Source: Amoeboaphelidium occidentale
Lineage: Eukaryota
NCBI GenBank assembly: GCA_023515795.1
Contig: JALGPX010000014.1
Location: 248,001 to 312,000, forward strand
Reading direction: 5' to 3'
DNA: 64,000 bases
Shown here: one piece after another, positions 35,134 to 45,818 of the stretch
Layout: the number at the start of each line of letters is the position of its first letter
Numbering within the stretch: the first letter of the stretch is position 1
Translations under genes and position numbers: made by a program
The notes under the pieces: generated by a model
Seen by the model: the letters and a program-made list of their open reading frames with translations, nothing else
Told to the model about the DNA's origin: nothing
The model's database searches: none

Positions 35134-36426
35134 TTATTTCTCTGTATTTCTTTTGCGTTCTTGCTGCTCAACAATCTCCATGGCACTGATCAGACTGCCA
35201 AATATCACAGGATTAGAGCCATCATCGTTAGCGCTTTGCGCAGGTGAAGAGTCAAATCGTTGCCTCTCTGTTGTAGAATTATAAGGTGAAGACACATTTT
35301 CTTGTTCTGCAATATTGGACGCAGATAAATTAGGTGGAGATTGTGCATAATTACTCAAAGCATAACTTGGCCTCTGCGGAATTACAGACTGTTCACCAAG
35401 AGCTTCTCCCGTATATTTCCAATACTTTTCCTTCTGATACTGCGGTAGATAGTCCGGTGCTTCAGTATTGACAAAGAAGTCGTTTGAACTTAATCTTGCC
35501 CTCATTAGAACTTTAAGTCTCGATGATAAACACTCTAAGAATGGATACTCTGTAAGAACTTTGTCATGTATCATATTGAGCGTTGATATTCCGTGTTTAG
35601 ACATCATCCGTATCAATAGTTCATCAACAACTTCTGGCGATAACCATCTTTTTCGATCTGCTTGGCTCAGGCCCAATTGACTTGTAGATTGCGAGTGTGA
35701 TAAGACAACATTAGGAATGCTGATATTAGAATTTGCTCGTGACATGCTGTTCGGCGTGAAGCTGTTGGGCGTGTGATGTTGTTGTTGTTGTTGTTGTAAC
35801 ATGTGATGATCAACTGTTTGCATCTTCAGCTGATTTAATTTTGCCTGTAGCTCTTCTGTATTCAGCCCAACTAAGTCTTGGCTTAATTTAAACTTAACAG
35901 AAACATTTTTCTGTTCAGCATCCAGCCCTTCAAATTCATAAATTCGATCGCTATTGCCCTCAGAGGTCGCAGGCAATTCAGGCAGCACGCAAAATCCATC
36001 AAAATACGGCGTATCCTTCCCATTAACTGAAAAAAATAAAATTTTCCACTAGAAGAATTATAAATAACCTTTTATAGGACAACTGCAGTGATAAAGTAAC
36101 TGGCCAGTCTCAATGTGCAATCCAATAATCAACTGGAACCGTAGCTCAGGCACGCAAACCCAATTACACAGACTTCCAAAAAGCCACGGGAAAGGGCTCA
36201 TCACATGTCCATTAGGAACTGGCGATGGTATTGGGCTTATACTAACTGAGCCACAGGTCACTGTCCAAGTTCCACTCGATCTTGAACTCTCCACAGTGAT
36301 TGAGCCAAGAATTATTTGTTTAGCTCCACCTGCTTCTCCTCCTCCTCCTCCTGCTGCTGTTGTCGTACTCTTTGTCGTCTGGTCTGAATCGATACGCATT
36401 GCGACCGAAGGGTTAATCGATTCCAT
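35134..36426 (-). CDS. Divergent forkhead-like (winged-helix) protein with possible N-terminal FHA-like region
   Basis: Intron 36027-36068 joins the ORFs (..CPIK|VNG..); poly-Q linker; TLNMIHDKVLTEYPF..MRARLSSNDFF..KYW follows the forkhead pattern. Confidence 0.6.
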
Positions 36427-36835
36427 TCCAGAGTGTCTCAAAATATCCAAAAATCGTTCTGCTAAAAAGCTTTGTGCTGTTTGAAATTTCCCCTTGATAG
36501 CGTTTCAGCGTAACGTAACAAGTTCCCAGGGGCGCATTAAGACTTAATGTTTTTGATGTGTATGTTGAGATGCGGGTTCAGATGTTGTTGCGAATACTTG
36601 CCGTCGTAAATTACAGTGATCACGCTGGAGGCGGTAATGTAAGAGAACCCTACGCTTTTACCATCGATTACCCCTCGATTCCTCCGCGCGCTGAACCATC
36701 AGCTGTTGAGATATGATCTATCGCTTTATGATCATAATCTCTGCAACTCATATCCGTTGCGCCAATTGGCTGATTCAAGTCAAGATCAACGTCTAACAAA
36801 ATCTTTCATCTCTTCAAGCGATTCTCTTCAGCTTA

Positions 36836-38326
36836 ATGAAACGAACGCATTTCTCAGCACCCTCTGCTTCTTCTTCTGTATCTTCGATATCATCTCATAC
36901 TAATGGATTCTTTGCGACGGGGACGTCGAAGCTGATTGTGCTTTTGAGCTTGACTTGCTTACTTCTATCTTCATTGGTGGTTACAAATGAAGCACTTCCG
37001 GAGAATTACTGTAGACTAAGTGGAATAGTAAAAGATACTTTAGTGGATTACGAAAAGCTGGACAATATCAATGAGAAAGTGTATGTTCACTTGAAGGAGT
37101 TGATGCACACAGAGTTCTTTCGATATTACAAGGTATGTTTAGATTGTTCTTATGAAGATTCTTACCTTTTATAGTTGGATTTGAATAAAGAATGTCCATT
37201 CTGGCCTGAACCGTTCTTGTGCACGAATCGAGACTGTTCCGTTAAAGTTCTGGACAATGCACATCTGCACTTACGAGAACACTGGGAAGAAGAGAGCCAC
37301 TTTGGCAATGTTGATCTCGGCAAATTGACTTATTCTTCTGTTAAGAAGTCTTCACCCTTCTCGTCACACTGCGATCAGTCTGAGAGTGATTTTTGTGTTC
37401 AGGAGGATCTGGACAGCGAGAGCGCTGTATATGTAGACCTCATAATGAATCCAGAGAGGTTTACAGGATATTCCGGAGATTCTTCTTGGCGTGTATGGAA
37501 ATCTATTTACGAACAGAACTGTTTTAAATTTGTATATGGGGAACAAAAGTCAATGGCTGATATAACACTATTGGCTCCACAGGATGACGTCTGTCTAGAA
37601 AAACGAGCATTCTATAAGGTTGTTTCAGGGCTGCACTCTTCCATCTCTACACATCTATGTGAACAGTGGCTTAACAAAACCACCGGAACATGGCAACCTA
37701 ATCTGGATTGCTTTCATACAAAAGTAGCCGAGTATCCAGATAGACTGAAGAATATGTACTTCTTGTATACTATTATTGCAGAGGCTGTTGCTTCCTTAAA
37801 GGATAAGCTGCATGATTACACTTTTTGTCACGCTAACAAGATGGAGAACATGAAAACTAAATCCCTCCTAGAGAATATTATCTCTGATTTATCGGCTTCT
37901 TATCCTTTGCTAGAAGAAGATAAAATGTTCAATGGTAATCAAATGTTGCTGGCAGATTTCAAATTGCATTTCCGGAATATTTCTCGAATTATGGACTGTG
38001 TCGGTTGTGAGAAGTGTAGACTTTGGGGTAAAATACAAATAAGTGGAATAGGCACAGCTATGAAAATCTTATTTTCTAATGAGGAGACAGATGGGCCTCT
38101 AAGACTGCGACGAAGTGAACTTGTTGCACTGTTCAATGCGTACACAAGAATCGCAGAGTCGATCGATGCTGTGGAAATATTTAGAAACTTATACAAGGAA
38201 CGTTGGGATCAAGTCAAAGAGAACGAAAGGAATAATAGCTTCGTTTCAGAATGGTACTCATATGTCGTTTCAAGGATCTCATCACCAACAACTTTAGTAG
38301 ACTTATATCGAAAACTGTTCAAATGA
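36836..38326 (+). CDS. ERO1: ER oxidoreductin
   Basis: FFRYYK|LDLNKECPFW, DLIMNPERFTGY, SGLHSSIS, RIMDCVGCEKCRLWGK; intron 37133-37174. Confidence 0.96.
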
Positions 38327-38478
38327 TAGTAATAAACATCGTTCATAATTACTTGGGAACTTTCTGTGGTGCGGCAACTGTTAAAATTCTGCGTGGCTTT
38401 TCGTTGGGTCAAAATTGTGGCTTTTCTGGCGAAAGTTCAAACTGACCCAAAAATAGATTTCTGCTTAGTGCCTTAGCG

Positions 38479-40120
38479 ATGAGCTCATTCCAATTACCCA
38501 CTACCAAAGGAGGCACTCTCTCCAGAAAGAGTAAAGCTCCAACTATGAATGAACCTACGGGTAAAGAGATAAGAAATGCTTTGAAGGAGGGATGGATAAC
38601 GAAGCAAGGAAACTGTAATGATATCATTGATCCTATCCAAGAACCTCTAACTGATGCGCCTGTGTAGATATCAAAAATTGGCGACCTCGATGGTGTCAAT
38701 TATTCGATGGAATGCTTGTGTATTATAAAGAACCTACGGTGGAACCTGTTCCTACAAACTTCTTCATGCTGGCTGGTTGTTCCGTTGGTCCCTACGAGAA
38801 AGTTGGACCAGGATGTTTTGAACTAGTTATGGCGAATGGAGAACGAAGGTACATGCAAGCGCAGTCGAAAGTTGAAAGGGATGAATGGATAAAGGCCATC
38901 AGAGACGCCGGAAATAAGCGACCTCTCTCTGTGGCGTTCGGTGATTCTGTGACTAAATCAGTGTCGGTAGCTTCCATAACAGACTTACCAGGTTCTATAA
39001 AACCATTCGATAAGCTGAAACCAGATGACTTTAACTTTTTGAAAGTGCTCGGGTAATTACTTCTATGACTTCTGATTGTGTAGCAAAGGAAACTACGGAA
39101 AAGTTATGCTTTCTACTCTGAAAGAAGGAGATGGCCGTTACTACGCTGTTAAGGTCATTAAAAAGACGAGTCTTATTGACGAAGAATCGCTTGAACATGT
39201 TTTAAGTGAAAATCGAGTGCTGCAAACTCTTGATCATCCGTTCCTAGTAAGACTTTATTGTTCCTTTCAAACTGAAGATCGTTTGTATTTCGTTATGGAA
39301 TTCGTTGCAGGCGGTGAATTATTCTTCCATATTGGCAGAGAAAAGAAGTTCTCTGAGGATCGCGTTCGTTTTTATAGCGCAGAAATTTTATGTGCTCTAC
39401 ATTATCTTCATTCAAAAGGTGTTGTATACAGAGATTTAAAACTGGAGAATCTGCTACTAGACGAAGATGGTCACATTAAGATAACAGATTTTGGTTTAGT
39501 CAAAGAAGGTATTGGTTATGAAGACACCACATCCACATTTTGTGGTACTCCAGAGTATTTAGGTAACTTTTCTGATTTCAGTTTAACAATTTGTAGCTCC
39601 CGAAATTCTAGAAGAAGAAAATTATGGTCGCTCGGTCGACTGGTGGGCTCTGGGTGTTGTAATGTACGAATTGTTGTGCGGTAGACCACCGTTTGGCGCA
39701 ACTTCTAATATGGAAAAGCTGTTTGCAAATATTCTAAATCAGCCAATTAATTTCCCTCCATCTTTATCGCCGGAAGCTCGTCTGATATTGGAAAATTTGC
39801 TTGAGCGAGACTATACTAAGAGAATCGGTCACGGTCCCAAAGATGGAGAAGAAGTTATGGCTCATCCATTCTTTGCCGCTATTAATTTCACAAAGTTGAT
39901 GAAGAAGGAGCTAGAGCCTCCTTTCAAACCTCAGGTTAAGACACCAACAGATGTTGGTAATTTCGATAAGGAGTTCACGAACTTGCCTCCAGTTTTGACT
40001 CCTATCATGGAGAATGATCACTTCAAGACTGCATCTGATGTTAAAGATATCAAATTACAAGACTTTTCATTTGTTGGAGATCCTTCATTCCTTTCAAAGA
40101 AGACACAACAGCACGAATAA
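38479..40120 (+). CDS. PH-domain AGC kinase, Akt/PKB-like
   Basis: [21 protein letters not shown] (intron 38615-38667); kinase [36 protein letters not shown] tail PPFKP..NFDKEFT..LTP..DFSF; introns 39053-39083, 39563-39596. Confidence 0.88.
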
Positions 40121-40139
40121 ATCTTACGATCAGTATATT

Positions 40140-42133
40140 TTATGCCTCCTTTGAGCTGACCACAGAGCTTAATGCAGTTTCTTTGCTCTTTTTCTTTGAA
40201 TACTCTGAATACGTACCATTAGCTTCAGGGCTGAAATAAGGATCAACCAGAGTCGGCATGTTGATGAAATCTGCTTCATAGTAAGCAATCATGCGAACAC
40301 TCAAAACCAAAACTCCAACCCAAAGAGCAGTGTAGCGGTCAACATCAACAGTAATTAATGCATAAACAATCATGAAAAGTGATATCAAAATCAATGATGG
40401 AATAGCATAAAATTGAAGTGAATGATGGTTCTTCTTGTGAAGCAACTGCAAAATGTAATTGTTGTTGTAGAGTAAACTTAGTTGAACATTCCCGGTTACC
40501 AAATCGTACGCATCCTATAGAATAAGTTTTATCCGTTGTAAACTTTACCTGTTTCTTGCCATCTTGATAATTGTTCTTGATATAGCGTACAATAGAATTC
40601 ATCAAATCAGACAAAGCCCCATTTGTGCTTCTCTTTCCAGTTCTTGTGAAGTCAGTCTTTAATGCTCCTGTACCTGAATACTGCAAACTGATGACATCAG
40701 CATGGTCAGCCCATAAATTCTTGAAGGTTGAGAGCAGTTCATCATCCAAATGATCGCCAACAATTAAGCCAGCATCTTTCAATTGACTGATCAACAAATA
40801 CTTGGCGAGCTCGCTCTGAACAACGTTTGTCCTGTCTAGACAATCCATGCAATTCGATCGAATGAGTACATTCTGTTTGCTTGGAACAACCCCATGATGT
40901 GATACCGAATAACTTCCTTGTCCCAAGAAACCTTCCTGCTTCAGTTGATTAACAAGCTTTGAAATATTTTCCCATCTCATCTTACTACATTCCAAGTGAA
41001 AGTCAAAGTAAATGTATTTCATATTAAAAGCCTTTGATAATTTCTGGCTCAAGAATCCAAACACACTACTCGGCTTGTGTTCATAACCATGAGAGTTAAC
41101 CAAGTTTATCAATACTAACTTGTTTTCTTCCGGCTTCAGCTGCTGCAGATGCTTAGAAAAAACAATCTCATTAGTTTCCATATTGTCTAGAACTTGCAAC
41201 TTTGGCTGATACTTTGTGTTTATGACTTGACGCCAGAATATCGGCATCGAACCTCTTAGCTGCTTAAAAGAGTAAATCTTTCCTTGAGCAGTAATAACAA
41301 TTTGCTCAGTTTCAACAAAGTTCGAAACGTTCCCATTTGCATCAATACCACGCGAGAAATACCTTGTTCCAAGCCTGTTAACATTGCGTCTCGAAACAAG
41401 AGCTAATAAGAACGAGGAACCATCAACCACAGATTTAACAGATTTGATTTCAGCGAAACCAGTAACAATAGGCAATATGAAGGAACTCAGATCATCTTCT
41501 TCGTTTGCCGTAACTTCAATCATTTTCTTTTGCAAGAACTTATTGAACCAGAAATCTGGGTTGAAGTCCCTCCAAAGATCTTGACCAGTAGATGCCAAAT
41601 TCTCCGTAATGCTCTTGGTAAGATTGTAAGAGTATGAAAAGTAAAAGTAATCAGTCTGGAACAGTTGATTAATCGACTCCAAGTAAAACAACTCCAACTC
41701 CTTCTGCTCTTTAGCTAATGGCCGTAAATCTTTAGCAACAGAGATAATATCAACTTTCGTAACTCTGAAAATATCTTTCTGTAGCAAAGTTCCAACCTTT
41801 TGCTTGCCTGTAATCAAAATCAGATAATCGCCAGAGTACAGTCTGATAGTCCCAATGATACCAAAGCAAGTCACAACAGTTTCTTGCTTATAAACGGGCA
41901 ATGCCGGAACTTTTAAACTTTAGCAAAACATTACATGCGCAAAGATTTACCATTTCTTCTAATCACACCAGACTCTCTGTTAACAACCAAGTTCTCGCTC
42001 TGCACACTTGCATCCAAGTAACTGGGCTCGATGATTAAATTGTCAGGGTTGATGAAGCTACAGAGGCAGAGGCACATTAAAGTTTATTCATAAGTCTGTC
42101 TTACATTCGAAGCACCTCGTGAAGATTTGGCAT
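40140..42133 (-). CDS. SAC1: Sac1 phosphoinositide phosphatase
   Basis: GTRYFSRG, NFVETEQ, RSNCMDCLDRTNVVQ, QYSGTGALKTDFTRTGKR; intron 40515-40548 leads to C-terminal TM exon; short 5' exons up to ATG 42133. Confidence 0.93.
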
Positions 42134-42178
42134 GTCGCAAGTCAGATGGTGCAAACAAAGCGAGCCATGCCAGATTTG

Positions 42179-43156
42179 TTACAAGTTGAAGTCTTGCTGT
42201 ATCTTTAACTTCACGAAATCAGACGGATACGCTTTAGTTTTTCCGTGGCATTTGCTTATCCCTTTTCCGCTAGCTAGTCTTTTTTCCTCTAAGGGAATCA
42301 TTGTTTCAACAATCTCTTTGATATCATCGTCCTTGAATTTTCCTGTCAGGGCCATAGAGTCAATTACACGTATTCTCATATCTCGTGTTGCTTTCACTTT
42401 GAAGACTTCAGAGCTTGAGTTTTTCGTAGATGCTATTGTAGTTGCTCGTAATTGTGGTCCGTATGCAGGGGCATTGCCAGAGAGTTCAATGCGATAAAGC
42501 TTTTCTTGTAAATTCCTTATCCTGCGTAAATGTGCCTGTTGTTCATGATCATGAGGTTTGAAGAAAGGATTCGGTTTTCGCTCATAAACTGGTTCCATGA
42601 TGATATGATCAAGTTGTGTTTTCAAAGCTACTGCCGTAATTTCGAACTGCTTTCTTAGTTTCTCATCTGATTTTAGTAGTTTGATGATCTTGACAAGCTC
42701 TCTCGCGTACTTTTGCAGCTGTTTATGACTATCATTTGTTCTTATATTGTACTTGTGGCGGATATGAAGTTCTTCCAATTGATCTGCTATTTCAGTAAGC
42801 TTTGTTTGAATACGCTCGCTCTCTGAAACAGTCTCATCGTTTGTAGGCAAGTTTTGAATCAATTCAAGCTTTGTTTCGAGTCTAGACTTTGGCTCATATT
42901 GTTTCCGCTGGTCCGATTCTGCGTGCCCCGAGTCTCTCGACACGATTTCGTACAGACCTGATACAAGAACGTCGTTCATCGTTTCGATTACTTCCGCGTC
43001 TGCCTTTTCGTGATACGGAAGGCGTTTTAAGGTATAATCATCTGGTTTAGCTCTTCCATCAGTCAGTGCGAGTAGTATCTCAGATCCATTGACGCTCTTT
43101 GCGTGAATAGGGCCAAAAAGTTTGCCTTGAAACAATATCTTGACCTTTTGCGACAT
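42179..43156 (-). CDS. Hypothetical protein (~325 aa, coiled-coil middle)
   Basis: Uninterrupted ORF filling the intergenic space; no recognisable family motif. Confidence 0.6.
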   Translation of the reverse strand: MSQKVKILFQGKLFGPIHAKSVNGSEILLALTDGRAKPDDYTLKRLPYHEKADAEVIETMNDVLVSGLYEIVSRDSGHAESDQRKQYEPKSRLETKLELIQNLPTNDETVSESERIQTKLTEIADQLEELHIRHKYNIRTNDSHKQLQKYARELVKIIKLLKSDEKLRKQFEITAVALKTQLDHIIMEPVYERKPNPFFKPHDHEQQAHLRRIRNLQEKLYRIELSGNAPAYGPQLRATTIASTKNSSSEVFKVKATRDMRIRVIDSMALTGKFKDDDIKEIVETMIPLEEKRLASGKGISKCHGKTKAYPSDFVKLKIQQDFNL

Positions 43157-43322
43157 GTTTATCAAAATCTAAAAATAGAACAGCGTCGCAACGTTTAATT
43201 CTTTAAAGGTGTTGGTACACCATACTTCTATTGAGTTAACTCACAACTGGGCAGCTCTTTTACTAAAAATTAATCTGTTTCGTCAAATCCCCATTTCCAC
43301 AACCTCTCGTTTTACTTCAGTG

Positions 43323-45814
43323 ATGGTGAACAAACCTGATGGCGCGAAGGAATTATTCCTCAAAGTAAATGCGATGCTTCTTTAAAAGAATTAACATTAT
43401 AGTTAAAACCGATTTGTCTGTCTTTGCTCGACCAACGGAAGAAGAATGTTGAGCTTTTACCGCTTCTGCAGGAAATGTGTCGTATTTTGAGAGGTCTAGA
43501 CGATTCTTCAGCAGGAGACACTTTAAGTTACTTTACTTTTCCCATACTGGAACTGCTTGCAAAGAATACATGTGGATCTTTATTGACTGAGCCGCTGCTG
43601 GAGATATTGTCCTTGCTAAAGATCGAAAAGCTGGGCATGGCGATACAAAGGCAGATTTTGTCACTTCTGAAAAAGCTGATAGCTGAGAACCATGGCCACG
43701 AGGAGCTGATTAAGTTGGCACTGGAAGCCCTTCGTCAGCTCATTTCGCCAATAACGGAGCGTGGTATTGAGTCTGATGTTGCGCTGCTTCTATTTATGGA
43801 ATTGGACATTATCGAGAAGAATAACTTTGTTGGCGTGAAAGTCGAAAGCATCGCAGCTATAACTCTTACGATACAGAAAATCAAGAATGATCTTTTGGTG
43901 TCAAAGTTTGCGCCAGGGATTTTGTCTGGGGCCGTGAACAAAGTTATTTCTGGAAAATCGGGTCACAGCAAGCTGATCAAGAATGCTGTTGAGTTACTCC
44001 GTGTTTGTACTTTGAGACTACTGGCGCCTTTCTCTGCGTTAACTGAGGATGAACTTGATGCTGACGAGAGAGCTAAAACATTGCGTCTGAACCTTCCTAA
44101 AGTGTTCCAGACACTTTTTAGTTTTGTCTCAAACAATACATGCAAAGCATTTGTTTTAGATGAAATAAGAGTATTCTGCGAGAGCTTGTTACTTGATAAG
44201 TTTATGATCATCTTGAAAGAAGGATTTATTCCAGTCCTTGATACTAATTATCTTTGTTGTGGCCTTGGTGCTGCTGAGTCGAAAGTTCGCTTAATGGATG
44301 ACTCCTCAACTTCCGTTCTGTTAATCATTCAGAACACTTTGATGGAAAAACTGAAGTGTTACAATCCATTTTACTCAACAGAACAAGCAGCCAGGATTCT
44401 TGTTGGCTACTTGGAGTTATTGCACAACAAAACCGACAATGTTTTAAATTACTCAGATGCGGCGCTTGATATCTTCAATGAAATAATTTTGAAAGGATCA
44501 TCCACAATTCTACCATTGCATAACGAGGAGTTGCTTAAATTCTTTGGAAAGAGCCTAGATTCCAACAGTGCTCTGATACAAAAGGCTCTCGACTCTATCG
44601 TGTTCAACAAGGATCATATATTTAACTGTGTTAATTATCTCCTAGAAGGATTGATTCTGAAAGATTCAGAATACGCCTCTGTCTTTTTCTACAAGTATCT
44701 GATGAAAATTGATGGTCTAGTATCATCTGATCAAACGGTGCTTGTTAGCCGTTGCTGTGTAGAAGGTATAGAATTATTTATAAGAAAATGTACTAGGAGC
44801 CGGGACCTTGAAATGATACAACAAGAGTTGGAATGTCTTTTAATCAATCTATTGTTCTTGATAGCCTCTGGAGTGCATTCGCAAACTTGCCTCAAAACGC
44901 TTAAATGTATCGCGTCTAAACTTCAGTACAAGGACACTGATAATTTAATCATACAGAATTCTGATTACTTGATTAATGCGATGATTATCAAGATCAGATA
45001 CGAAAGCCATGACTATGCGAAGTTCCTCTTGATTATTAACGAGCTTGTGAAGCTATGTGGAGTCAAAATCCTTCCTTATCTTGATGATATCTTTGAATTA
45101 ATCATGAAGGAAGTTCACACATCGCATGTATTCCATTATTCTGCAAAACATGTGATCCTGCTTTTGGATAGCTTTCTGTCTCTAGCAACGACTATTTATG
45201 ATTCCAGAGCTGAAAATCCTTTGATACAAAATGAAAATGAGGATGCAGTGGACCAAACTAAAGTTGATGATGGGAACGAAGAAGACCACGAACAAGAAGA
45301 TGAGGAAGAAAAGAAAGCTATCCCGAAATCCATGGAGGAGCACATTCTGGTTAAGATGGCCGATTGTATCAAGAACTTTGTAAACATGAATGATTTGTTT
45401 ATCAAAGTTAAAGCATGCAACGCTCTCACCAAGGTCATTGCAGCTTTCATGAGAATTGAATGCGTCGAAGAAAATGGCGAAAATCAAATCTCCAAAACGC
45501 TTGTTATGTTTAATGGAGCATTTCCACAAATTCTGTCACAACTCGAATCTGCTCAAAACTACGGACTTGTACTAGAATACATGAAATTATTCAAGACATT
45601 AATATGTGAACACAAAGAGGTGAAAGATTTTCTCTCAAGACAAATCAAACATGTTTGTGAGAAGGCTGTGATTCCTTATTTCAAAACTAATCCACGCGAT
45701 AGGAATCTAAGAATAATGAATGAGTACAAAGCATTTGTTATTCTCTCTTTGGAAAACGGATTGATAAGAGATGAAAAGATTCGCAAGTCTGTTGGGTTGC
45801 TGTTAGATTCGTAG
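43323..45814 (+). CDS. TTI1: TEL2-interacting protein 1 (TTT complex, HEAT)
   Basis: FLK|LKPIC (intron 43365-43402), YFTFPILELL, FAPGILS, LIIQNSDYLINAM match TTI1 blocks. Confidence 0.8.
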
Positions 45815-45818
45815 GCAG

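Noticed and set aside
36594..36745. U1 snRNA (ATACTTGCC..GATCACG) or U5 loop (CGCTTTTAC) resemblance
   Set aside because: Mismatch in the invariant 5' ACUUAC, no AUUGCAC loop, no Sm site, and the U5 loop lacks a C and its closing stem; kept only as a generic structured-RNA candidate.
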